Part shown: positions 39,705 through 49,248 of the stretch, piece by piece | Layout of the letters: each line of letters opens with the position of its first letter | Numbering within the stretch: position 1 is the stretch's first letter | From: Barthelona sp. PCE | Taxonomy: Eukaryota | Assembly: GCA_040285745.1 (NCBI GenBank) | Contig: JAUFOR010000006.1 | Span: 186,001-250,000 of the forward strand | Direction of reading: 5' to 3' | Length of the DNA stretch: 64,000 bases | The notes under the pieces: model-generated | What the model saw: the letters and a program-made list of their open reading frames with translations, nothing else | What the model was told of the DNA's origin: nothing | The model's database searches: none | Position numbers and translations under genes: made by a program

Positions 39705-41459
39705 ATGAGCACAGAGGACGTTGTGAACAAGTTTGCAGCCCTCAGAGTGCGGTTAGATGATGAAACAGACGATGATGATATTACAACGGATGATAGTGCT
39801 GTGTTCATTAGTGATTTAGATAATTATAGCGTTGAATCCAACTCTGAAATGCGGTTCACAGGAGAGTTGTATGAACCAAAACCCCCAAACCAGTACGTGG
39901 AGCTAGTTCCTCCAGTATTTAGTGTCTCACCTATCTTTCTTGGTCAGGATGCTCTAGAACAGTTCAACCCGGGATTTGACAACAAAACAGTCGATGTAAT
40001 TTTCGTTGACGCAAGATATATGGGCTTTGATGATTCTCTTGATGGACTGAGCATCCGTCCTATCGTTGACAACCCTATCTTTGACCCTCTCTTTGCCAAC
40101 TTCCGTACAACTGCTGAAGAAACAACATGGGATATTCTGAACAGAGCTTTTAGTGAGTCTTTATGTTTTGGCAAGTTAAGTAAGACTTTTGATGTTTCCA
40201 GTGTGACAGAGTACAGTGAAAACGAAGACACACTCTCATTCACATCTGCTCAAGGCATAAAAATAGAGAGCAACTGGAGGCTTATCAATATGCCAATTTT
40301 TTTGCAGGCAAAACATACAGGGTCTACCAGGCGTCATGATCTGTTCGATCAGGGGTCCCTCATCATATCCAGATACAGAATTCTGGAGAAACTTGATGAG
40401 GGCACTTTCTCGCATGTCTTTGAAGTTGAAGATGTTCGACATTCTGATACTAGAGTTATGAAAGTAATCAAAGATTCACGGAAGTACTTCCAGCAGACAC
40501 TTGATGAGATCTCTATACTGGAATTTTTAAAGAATGAAGATGTTTGTGGTATAGCACCCTTAATAGATTTTTTTTATTACGCAGAATATGTTTTTCTTAT
40601 CTTTGAAAGAGCTCATAAGAATTTATATGCATTTCAGCATTCGTACAGAGAGAAATATGATCTAGTACGGTCATCAAATCGATTCCTACAACCTTTTATT
40701 GATAGTTTATATAGTTTTTATTACCCATTTAATGTAAGTAATTTAAAAACTATAGCGCGGTCAATTCTCACGTTTGTCAGTGACATCCATGCTAAGGATC
40801 TCATTCATTGTGATCTTAAACCAGAGAACATATTGTTTGCAACCAATGAATATGAGCGTTATTTCAGCGTCGATCACGACATCCTTAATGTATATTCAGA
40901 GTTTGTGAAGGATGGTGTTCTCCCGGAGCCTTATAACGGAGATCTATCAGTTCGGATAGTAGATTTCGGAAGTGCTACGTTTTCGACTGATGATCTTAGC
41001 TGTTACGCTCAGTCTAGGAGTTATAGAGCCCCTGAGGTGATTTGTGGCGTTGATTTTGGACCCAAAATAGATATTTGGAGCCTGGGTTGTATCTTGGTTG
41101 AGCTTTTTACTGGTACAGTACTTTTTCCCAATCATTCAACGCAGAAGATAATGTGCCAGATCATATCTCTCTTTGGACCGCTCCCAGATCGTTATTTATA
41201 CAAGGGAAAATATATTTCAGGTATGTTTACATCAGAGGGAGTCTTGTTTGAGTTAACTCCTGGGAGTTCCGCAGGGTCAACGTCATCAGATGGTTCAGAT
41301 ATCGTTAAGCTGCTCATTCCACAACCTGTAACTCTTCGCGACGTCATGAAGTGTGATGATGAGCTGTTCCTTGATTTCCTTACTGGTTTGCTTCAACCTG
41401 ATGACGCATTACGTTTCTCAGCAAAGGAAGCATTAGAACACCCCTTCTTATCAATGTAA
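39705..41459 (+). CDS. DYRK-family dual-specificity kinase (DYRKP-like)
   Basis: IHCDLKPENI, DFGSA, YAQSRSYRAPEVI, KIDIWSLGCI, ALEHPFL. Confidence 0.9.
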   Translation: MSTEDVVNKFAALRVRLDDETDDDDITTDDSAVFISDLDNYSVESNSEMRFTGELYEPKPPNQYVELVPPVFSVSPIFLGQDALEQFNPGFDNKTVDVIFVDARYMGFDDSLDGLSIRPIVDNPIFDPLFANFRTTAEETTWDILNRAFSESLCFGKLSKTFDVSSVTEYSENEDTLSFTSAQGIKIESNWRLINMPIFLQAKHTGSTRRHDLFDQGSLIISRYRILEKLDEGTFSHVFEVEDVRHSDTRVMKVIKDSRKYFQQTLDEISILEFLKNEDVCGIAPLIDFFYYAEYVFLIFERAHKNLYAFQHSYREKYDLVRSSNRFLQPFIDSLYSFYYPFNVSNLKTIARSILTFVSDIHAKDLIHCDLKPENILFATNEYERYFSVDHDILNVYSEFVKDGVLPEPYNGDLSVRIVDFGSATFSTDDLSCYAQSRSYRAPEVICGVDFGPKIDIWSLGCILVELFTGTVLFPNHSTQKIMCQIISLFGPLPDRYLYKGKYISGMFTSEGVLFELTPGSSAGSTSSDGSDIVKLLIPQPVTLRDVMKCDDELFLDFLTGLLQPDDALRFSAKEALEHPFLSM

Positions 41460-41499
41460 ATAATGTTTATTGCATGATTCATTAAATTAAATAGTATTT

Positions 41500-43170
41500 T
41501 CAAACATCAATATCTTCTGGTAACGGACTTATCCTACAATGATCTGTAGTGTTCGGAGCGAGGAGTTTGCTTGGTGTTGAGAAATCATCAACATGATTAA
41601 TGGTGCCAGTTTCCAAAATCGGGAAATCTTCTTCCTTATCCTCAAACATAAACTCTTCTTCCTCGTCTATGTACTCCACTTCTTCAATTACTGTCGCACC
41701 CATTGGTACAATTTTTTCACTTGGTGTCCTGACCTTCAAAATAATCCACAAACCAAAAAAGATTAAAAAGAAGACAAATAAAAGTGCAAATCCATATGAA
41801 CTACTAATGTCACTTCCAAGGGACTGTGAAATACTGATAACCTGACCGAAAATCAACCCTCCTAAGCTTGAACTAGACTTACCTGCAAACTTCGAGATTG
41901 CCAAAAACTTTGCAAAATGTTGTGGAAAGGGTGAACATAGCTCAACCATAAATAATCTTTGACCAATCCAAGCACCGCTCAGTGCTGGTCCTGCAAAAAT
42001 GGGAATAAGAGCAAGTACTATAGATCCTGCGTTGAAACCCCACTCATCATCAAATATCCAGATGTTTGCCATAATCGCCACCAATGCCACGGTCCATAGC
42101 AATGCAGTTGTCGTGAATATTGCACGTGGACCCTTCTTCTTCCCTACCCAACCTAATGGGGTTGTGAGAATTACCGCACAAACGGCTGACGCGATGAATA
42201 TATTCATCGCTGCTGACTCTGATAAACCACAACCATCACGCATAATCGGAATAATAAACACAATGAGGAGTCCAGTTGCGTCTGCAAAAAAGAAATAACC
42301 GATAACGAATTTAAAGATTTCTTTATGATGACGTATCATATTCTTTAACGTTTCCACCAATTGCTCAAAGGCACCACTGATAATAACCCCTATCCGCACC
42401 TTCTCGGGAACAAATACTGTCTCTTTAGCAAACCAAAATGGCAAAGAAATTACTAAAAATGTTGCTACCAATAAAACATATGAAAATGGTTCTCCAAAAT
42501 AACCAAATTCAATAACAGGCTCGTCAGCAGATACCCTGGACACTGGCGTACCATACCATGAATCCAATAGTAGCGTCTCTCCAGCAGCAATACCAAAACC
42601 TATATTTGCATATGCTAAAGTCAATGATGAAGCCAAAGCTACCTTGCCTTTGTCAGCAATGAAGGGGAGCATGCTGTCAAAAACACAGTTCATCCACTGT
42701 GTTACAGCATTACCTGCGAAAATGATAACAGCCAATAACCAAAAATTACTGGTTAAACTTGGTAAAAGAGATATAACCGCTGCTATGAGGAGGAGAAGTA
42801 TCGCAAAGGGTTTTCGACTTCCCAGTGCATCTGCTACAGCTCCTATCGGAGGCATCATGATTGCTGTAACAATCTGAAAAAGACTTCCAATCAAAGTGGC
42901 GCGGGAATAACTTTGACCATAGGACCAACCGTGTTCTAATTGTCCGCTCACCAAAAGCAGTCTGTTTCCAACCAAACTAATAAAGGCGGTGGACCACAAT
43001 GTTGATGCCACATCTAAAAAACCCCATGACACTATGTTACACCATGTGCTCTCCTTACAGTAATGAACATTGTCCCGGTGGGTTGAAATTATTACGCTGG
43101 CTGATAAACGGTTCGTTGTTTCTAAAAAATCTGTATCGCATTCAATATCATAGTTCTCTGAGTCTGACAT
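41500..43170 (-). CDS. MFS transporter, UMF1/Atg22-like
   Basis: About 12 TM segments; SWGFLDVAST, PPIGAVADALGSRK, FDSMLPFIA, FVIGYFFFADA, FAGKSSSSLG. Confidence 0.75.
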   Translation of the reverse strand: MSDSENYDIECDTDFLETTNRLSASVIISTHRDNVHYCKESTWCNIVSWGFLDVASTLWSTAFISLVGNRLLLVSGQLEHGWSYGQSYSRATLIGSLFQIVTAIMMPPIGAVADALGSRKPFAILLLLIAAVISLLPSLTSNFWLLAVIIFAGNAVTQWMNCVFDSMLPFIADKGKVALASSLTLAYANIGFGIAAGETLLLDSWYGTPVSRVSADEPVIEFGYFGEPFSYVLLVATFLVISLPFWFAKETVFVPEKVRIGVIISGAFEQLVETLKNMIRHHKEIFKFVIGYFFFADATGLLIVFIIPIMRDGCGLSESAAMNIFIASAVCAVILTTPLGWVGKKKGPRAIFTTTALLWTVALVAIMANIWIFDDEWGFNAGSIVLALIPIFAGPALSGAWIGQRLFMVELCSPFPQHFAKFLAISKFAGKSSSSLGGLIFGQVISISQSLGSDISSSYGFALLFVFFLIFFGLWIILKVRTPSEKIVPMGATVIEEVEYIDEEEEFMFEDKEEDFPILETGTINHVDDFSTPSKLLAPNTTDHCRISPLPEDIDV

Positions 43171-43501
43171 TCAATTATACAGATATTTGTCAGTAAAATT
43201 GAGTTTGTAAAAGAGAAAGAAATGGAACAACAGCTTACGAACAAAAAATCTAAAATGGTATTGATGTAAGAAGGAGAATCACATGTAAGGAATGTGGTAA
43301 TATATTCCATACATACCACATAATACCATGAAAAACTTTCAGAACAAATCCTAATGCAGCAAAATTTGTCCCATCCTATATGAACTAACTTTATATCATT
43401 AATCTGGTACCATCCATATAATATGCATCTAACCTCCTGTTTCAGATACGGAAAACATAGACTACCAATATAATTTGTTTTCCAGTTTTTCCCCACATTA
43501 A

Positions 43502-44698
43502 ATGGCAAAATTTCCATTTAAATCTCTCTTGAATGAGCCAAAACACAACATTGTGTTAATTCCACTCATTCTTGTTGCGGAATTCTGCATCTGCTTGCTG
43601 ATAATTCATTTTGTGAATTACACGGAAATTGACTGGGTTGCATACATGCAAGAGGTCGGCGGATACCTCTCCGGTGAGAAGAACTACATGAATTTACGTG
43701 GTGACACTGGTCCTTTAGTGTATCCTGCCGGTTTTGTCTATCTGTACTCTTTCTTTTTTAAGATCACTAATTTGGGCACCAACATCAAGCTTTCTCAAAT
43801 CATTTATGCGTTTTTATACGTATTTAATCTTTTCTTTGTGTATAAAATATATCTTTCAGGCACTAGAAAACCCAAACCTTATCATCTTATGTTATTAAGT
43901 GTATCCCATCGAATTCACTCAATCTTTGTCTTACGGTTGTTCAATGATTGTTTTGCAATGTTTTTATTCCATATTGCTTTATATTTACTGATTAAAAGAA
44001 AATATCTTTTTGGTGTTATAATGTTTTCTCTAGCCATTTCCATCAAAATGAACGTCCTTGTGATGCTCCCTGCTCTTGTCTGGTTCCTAGCAATTGAAAG
44101 AGGCTTCCTCCGTTCATTATTGTATGTCTTGATCTTGGTTGGTACTCAAATTTTTGTTGCAGCGGACTTTTTAATACATTTTCCTATCCAATACTTAAAG
44201 AAAGCCTTTGAATTCGATAGAGTGTTCTTCTATAAGTGGACTGTGAACTGGAAAATGTTTAGTGAACAAACTTTCTTATCACAAAGTCTAAGTAACACTT
44301 TATTGGTCAGTCACTTCACTTTGTTATTAGTTTTCCTTTTCTTAAAGTGGGGATCTTTTAAACGTGCTATTGGTGTTGTTTTTCATGTTGTCAAACCAAC
44401 AAAGATGAGTAATGATAAAATTGTCACGCTCTTTTTTGAATGTAATTATATTGCTATGGTTTGTTCACGTTCTATGCATTATCAATTCTATTCGTGGTAT
44501 TTCTTCACACTCCCATGGTTAGTTTTCCATAATATAGCTGACAATGCAAAGAATATTTGTTTCGGAGTTGCTATTCTTTTCTGTATTGAGTGGGGTTGGA
44601 ATGTTTTCCCCGCTAATGCTGCCTCAAGTACCATACTCATGGTTGCCCATGTTGTGCTGCTGGTTCGTCTACTTTTAAAGCCAAAGATGGAAGAATAA
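43502..44698 (+). CDS. ALG3: Dol-P-Man:Man5GlcNAc2-PP-Dol alpha-1,3-mannosyltransferase
   Basis: YTEIDWVAYM, GDTGPLVYPAG, RIHSIFVLRLFND, KWTVNWK, SRSMHYQFYSWY. Confidence 0.97.
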   Translation: MAKFPFKSLLNEPKHNIVLIPLILVAEFCICLLIIHFVNYTEIDWVAYMQEVGGYLSGEKNYMNLRGDTGPLVYPAGFVYLYSFFFKITNLGTNIKLSQIIYAFLYVFNLFFVYKIYLSGTRKPKPYHLMLLSVSHRIHSIFVLRLFNDCFAMFLFHIALYLLIKRKYLFGVIMFSLAISIKMNVLVMLPALVWFLAIERGFLRSLLYVLILVGTQIFVAADFLIHFPIQYLKKAFEFDRVFFYKWTVNWKMFSEQTFLSQSLSNTLLVSHFTLLLVFLFLKWGSFKRAIGVVFHVVKPTKMSNDKIVTLFFECNYIAMVCSRSMHYQFYSWYFFTLPWLVFHNIADNAKNICFGVAILFCIEWGWNVFPANAASSTILMVAHVVLLVRLLLKPKMEE

Positions 44699-44741
44699 AC
44701 TGTTTTTTTGTTTCTTAAGTATATTTTGGGGTCAAATCTTC

Positions 44742-46772
44742 ATGCAGCAGTCAAATGAGATTAAACATCTCCCTGATGGGTCAAGCTTCTTGAATATGGA
44801 AGGTGCTGAGTTTTTCTGTGATTATTTCGACTTTCTGGCAGCTACGCTTGTCAAATCTGTTAAAACGCAGAGAAAACCACTCAAACTTCACTTTAAGCAT
44901 ATTTTCTCACCAAATAATGAAAAGAAGGCTTTCATAATTTTTTTAAAAACTCCAAGGCTGATTGTTCCCGTATTTCCTGACAGTGACAGGTTTGGACCAG
45001 AAACTCACGTCATATTACCCGATCGACCTGCTATAACTCTAAATGCATTTCTAGAATCTAGATTTGTAATTGAAAGAGAGTGGATGGTTTATTCTGAGCC
45101 TATTTTGACGGACAATTTTGATTGGGCTGACATTGTATACCATTTATGTTCCTTTTTTGTTAAAGCAAATATTATAAGTAATTTTACCTTTATTGATTCA
45201 ACACTATCCATCGATGCACCGCTTGATAACGTCTTTGTAAGCGATATAGTTGTGGAAACTGGGTATGATAACGCAGATAGAGCTGTTACCACGATAAATA
45301 ATGTATTTCCTGTAGTCATTCCCAAAATCTCTTTTGCTCGATTATCAACCAATTTAATCAAAGATTTGCTTATCATTGCAGCAAAGAACAATTCTAACTC
45401 TGATGAGGTTGAATATATTCTTAACGACGTTGTTAAAGACCAATATTCTTTCTCATTTTTATTTCAAAACAAAAAAGATGGTGTTATGAATGAATTCACA
45501 AAATTCAACAGTTCTTTTTATGGAATAGATAATAAGACGTATGATGCATTTATAAATGGTAACCCCAAAGTTGTAGAACATGTTTTAAGTGATCCTTTAC
45601 TCATGCTCATGTGTATTTCGAAATATGAAGCTCATTCTCTGGATACCCTTGTTCATGAAACAGAGTATTCTAACGCTGCAAATGTGAAAAGAAATGATAA
45701 CATTCTTGAGCTCTATGAAAGAATGGAAATGTCTCACATTTTAGAAGCATTTGCCATATTCATGACTGAGGCAGATAAACAGGAACAGTTTGCTGCAATT
45801 CATGCAATAATAGCACACAGTATTACCTCTGCATTTCGTCAAGAGGAGAGTTTCCAAAATATTTTTGAAATTTGCTATAAAACCACCTCTGAATATGATT
45901 CATCTTCTGTTTCTCATGCACTTAGTGACCTTTATGAACTGACAATTGGTAAGAAGAGAGGTATATTCAAAGATAATACAGCTTCTAATCCTCCTCCAAA
46001 CTTTCCTGATTTTCCTCAAGATTCCTTTATTTCCGCTAAGAACCTTTGGCCATTGTGTCATTTTCTCCTACACACCGTTATAGGACGTCTGATTTACATT
46101 CATGAATTATGTTCCAAAAGAATAGCAACCAAAATTCAAATTTTGCATCAGATAGCTAATTTGTTTTATGCAATTGAAGATTCACGTTCCATTGCTCCAT
46201 ACTATGAACCGGAGCATGCATACGTTCTTCAGATCGGAGTAGTAATTCGCAAATATGTGAATCAATTATATTTAACGGATAAGAGTATTGTTGCGTATCT
46301 TTTAAGCACTCCTGAACAACACCGCATTGTTTATAACATTTCTGATGAACTTGATATGGATAAGTATTATAAGTACACCACTGAGGATGATTTAGACGTT
46401 GACCAACACTGCAAAACAGTACTGGCTTATTACCTTTTACGCTCCAGATTAAATACCTCAAAAGGTAACTACGCGCTTAGAGCAGTGCATCCTGGACCTG
46501 ATGAACCGATGTTTGCGGATTTAGTTAGGGGAGAAATGCCCGGTTTATTAGCGTACATGATTACAGTACTTTTTAGGTGCACTGGTGAACGTTACAGTGA
46601 GAATGATGTGATTACGGCATGTTCCGGTCATTCTGTTGATATATTTAATGAATTTATGGAAGATTTTTTAATTGTGGAAGATATTCCAACGACCCCAAAT
46701 TTGAATTTCGCATTTGATGATATTAGAATGTGGAAAGTGAATTATATGGAGGCTAAGCCCATTTTTAGATAA
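44742..46772 (+). CDS. Hypothetical protein, 676 aa
   Basis: Long uninterrupted ORF filling the space between ALG3 and the tRNA; no motif recognised. Confidence 0.7.
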   Translation: MQQSNEIKHLPDGSSFLNMEGAEFFCDYFDFLAATLVKSVKTQRKPLKLHFKHIFSPNNEKKAFIIFLKTPRLIVPVFPDSDRFGPETHVILPDRPAITLNAFLESRFVIEREWMVYSEPILTDNFDWADIVYHLCSFFVKANIISNFTFIDSTLSIDAPLDNVFVSDIVVETGYDNADRAVTTINNVFPVVIPKISFARLSTNLIKDLLIIAAKNNSNSDEVEYILNDVVKDQYSFSFLFQNKKDGVMNEFTKFNSSFYGIDNKTYDAFINGNPKVVEHVLSDPLLMLMCISKYEAHSLDTLVHETEYSNAANVKRNDNILELYERMEMSHILEAFAIFMTEADKQEQFAAIHAIIAHSITSAFRQEESFQNIFEICYKTTSEYDSSSVSHALSDLYELTIGKKRGIFKDNTASNPPPNFPDFPQDSFISAKNLWPLCHFLLHTVIGRLIYIHELCSKRIATKIQILHQIANLFYAIEDSRSIAPYYEPEHAYVLQIGVVIRKYVNQLYLTDKSIVAYLLSTPEQHRIVYNISDELDMDKYYKYTTEDDLDVDQHCKTVLAYYLLRSRLNTSKGNYALRAVHPGPDEPMFADLVRGEMPGLLAYMITVLFRCTGERYSENDVITACSGHSVDIFNEFMEDFLIVEDIPTTPNLNFAFDDIRMWKVNYMEAKPIFR

Positions 46773-47139
46773 TATTTATTTTTGGAGCATATCATATCAT
46801 AAAAATAAACTTTATACCTGCTTTACTTTTTTAACCAATGTAAAAATATTTTATTTATTATCAAAAGTGTTATTATTATAACAATTCCCAATAACTATTA
46901 TTCAATATGATGAAATAGAAAATAGAAAAAAATTTTTTTTAATAAATCGAGATATGAACAAATTTGAATTTAAAGTTATTAGTAAAAAATCATTTTTATG
47001 TCATGTAGGTTATATTCCTTATATTAAAATTGCTTTAATTAAAACAGGAGTAAAGATATAGCAATCCTAAAGCTTTATGTACAAATTTGAAATTAATAAA
47101 CCAACCATTTTTGTGAGTTATTTCCGAACAACAGTTCAA

Positions 47140-47211
47140 TCGGGCGTCGTATAATGGCTATTATTCCGGTCTGTCGCACCGGAGACCAGGGTTCAATTCC
47201 CTGCGCTCGAG
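47140..47211 (+). tRNA. tRNA-Asp(GTC)
   Basis: Acceptor stem TCGGGCG/CGCTCGA, anticodon arm CCGGT-CTGTCGC-ACCGG, T arm CAGGG-TTCAATT-CCCTG, discriminator G, no encoded CCA. Confidence 0.95.
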
Positions 47212-47216
47212 TTTTT
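47212..47216 (+). terminator. RNA polymerase III terminator (T5)
   Basis: TTTTT immediately after the tRNA discriminator base. Confidence 0.7.
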
Positions 47217-47405
47217 GACAATTTATTTTTTCACTTTAAATGTTGATGTATAAAATAATATTATAAGCCTTTATTTCTATATTATTAAAATAGTTTTTTT
47301 ATCATTTTTAACATTTTTTGTTTTTGGACTCTAAGGTTGAGAGTTCAATTTTTAATAAAGTCAACTTTTCAACATTGGTTGTTTTCTATTTTATTTCTTT
47401 TTCAA

Positions 47406-49220
47406 GTGCCCAAACCACCAAGAGTAGGCATAGGTGCGAATTGTTCACATTTTTGTGATGGGGAACGTTTATTTGTAACTTTGAATGATGACTTCACTGA
47501 AAAGAATGAGGTGTGTATGTTATTAGGAAGAAAGGGCATCGTATCAAGTGAGCCTTTAGCAAAGACTGTTGTTGGGGATCATTATTACAATTGGAAAGAA
47601 GTTCGGTTCAATACTTTTGAACTACGAATATTTTTTTATTGCGTAGAATCCAATGAATTTGTGCTCATCAAGTCAGTTTGTATTAAGTCAGAGTACAGAA
47701 GCCGTTCCAAATTTATTCTTATTAATGAGCGGTATGGTATATTGATAGAAAGAAAACCGTTTATTCTTGATTTAAAGTTGGGTTCGAAATCTGATATTTG
47801 CTATGATTTTGATTCGGTAATACAAACAAGTTCTTTGTTATTTAGGTCATATTCAATGTATGATTCTCTCTTTGTTGTTTTTAAATCAATAATAAGGTGT
47901 TCACTTGTAATTCCTGAAGATGCTGATGAACATCCGTTTTTTACCGATAAACATGCTCTTGTAGGTGAAGAAGTCTTTGCTTTTGATGTAACTCCAGGAA
48001 AAAATCGTTTCATAATGTTGGATGATGGTGTATTTGTGTATTATAATTCAGATGGTAGATTTGAGCCTATACAGGTTGAACTTCCTACAACACTGCCTTC
48101 AGATTATTTTTTTGTGAATGAAGGTCTAGTTTTTTTTTATGACTCCAAATCATTTTTGTATTATGATACTCAGTGCAAAGAATTGATTAAAGATGGTTCT
48201 ACACTTCAGTTAAAGCAAATGTTGGATATTAATAATGAAATTTTTTTTTTTAGACAAGGTTCATATTTTCCTCTTCTTGATAGCATTAAACAGATTGATC
48301 ACACATCATTTTCAATTGCCAACAACCAAGTTTGGAAGGTTTATGATGGAGAAATACCATATTTTGAACAAAATTCTGTTAAAAAATTGTTTTTGAATCC
48401 ATTTAGTGAGGAAATTGCATTTAAAAATTGTACAGGTATTATGCAAGTCAAACCTTTTTATGACGGTAATTGTTGGACATTGCAGTATATTAAAAAAGTT
48501 GAAAAGGATCACCATTTTTTTGTTGATTCAACAAGAGTTTTTTCATCTCAGGAAATTAGTTTTTTTCACAATATTAGTTTTAATGATTTATATTTAATAC
48601 ATAAGGTTGATAATATGATTCATATTAATGATATTGTGTTACAAGAGAGAGAATTGTTAAATGTTAAGGATATTATTGTTATTAGAGATAAATTATGGAC
48701 GATGTATGAAAACTCAGTGATTATACGTAGTTTGGATGAATTAGGATCCATATTAAGTTCCAAAGAACTTGTTTTTAATAATAGAATTTTAATGCAAATG
48801 AAAGTTAATTCATATTGTGCTGATCAAGCTATAATACAAGGGCATGCCCATAATGATGAGCGTTTGACGTGGATATACTTTGTTGAGTTGGTTGAGGGAG
48901 ATTTTGAGCAAAAATTTATTAGGGTTGTTGAGCATTCTAATGTTGTGTTTGTTGATACTAGTGTTGTTGTTTTACGCAATTCTGTCTACATTTTCAATAG
49001 TAGCAAGCAACGTGTTCTTGAGCTACCTGTATTTGAGGGAAGTGCATATTGTTATTCTCCCAAGCCAGGTGTTTATTCAAGATTATTTTTACATACGTAT
49101 AACCTTGCGATGAAAAAAGAATTATTCGTGTTTAACAGTGATTATACTGGTTTTGAGTTGCATATTGAGGAGATTAACCTCAGAAACATTATTGAGTCTA
49201 CTGAAGTTATAAATCTTTAG
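47406..49220 (+). CDS. Divergent beta-rich 'MPR'-family protein A (start uncertain; GTG at the homologous position)
   Basis: About 604 codons. Shares FELRIFFY, FDVTPGKNRF, VNSYCADQAII and SPKPG with paralogue 51561..53441. Confidence 0.7.
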   Translation: MPKPPRVGIGANCSHFCDGERLFVTLNDDFTEKNEVCMLLGRKGIVSSEPLAKTVVGDHYYNWKEVRFNTFELRIFFYCVESNEFVLIKSVCIKSEYRSRSKFILINERYGILIERKPFILDLKLGSKSDICYDFDSVIQTSSLLFRSYSMYDSLFVVFKSIIRCSLVIPEDADEHPFFTDKHALVGEEVFAFDVTPGKNRFIMLDDGVFVYYNSDGRFEPIQVELPTTLPSDYFFVNEGLVFFYDSKSFLYYDTQCKELIKDGSTLQLKQMLDINNEIFFFRQGSYFPLLDSIKQIDHTSFSIANNQVWKVYDGEIPYFEQNSVKKLFLNPFSEEIAFKNCTGIMQVKPFYDGNCWTLQYIKKVEKDHHFFVDSTRVFSSQEISFFHNISFNDLYLIHKVDNMIHINDIVLQERELLNVKDIIVIRDKLWTMYENSVIIRSLDELGSILSSKELVFNNRILMQMKVNSYCADQAIIQGHAHNDERLTWIYFVELVEGDFEQKFIRVVEHSNVVFVDTSVVVLRNSVYIFNSSKQRVLELPVFEGSAYCYSPKPGVYSRLFLHTYNLAMKKELFVFNSDYTGFELHIEEINLRNIIESTEVINL

Positions 49221-49248
49221 AAAAAAGAAAATGTTTATTATATATACC

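Noticed and set aside
43122-43517. 131-aa minus-strand ORF and two 8-bp inverted repeats between the MFS gene and ALG3
   Set aside because: The ORF overlaps both flanking starts and has no recognisable motif. Short inverted repeats are expected in AT-rich DNA, and no ncRNA boxes were seen.
47355-47406. Intron creating a split A|TG start for paralogue A
   Set aside because: The acceptor TTTTTCAAG and the available donors do not match the intron consensus seen in this window.
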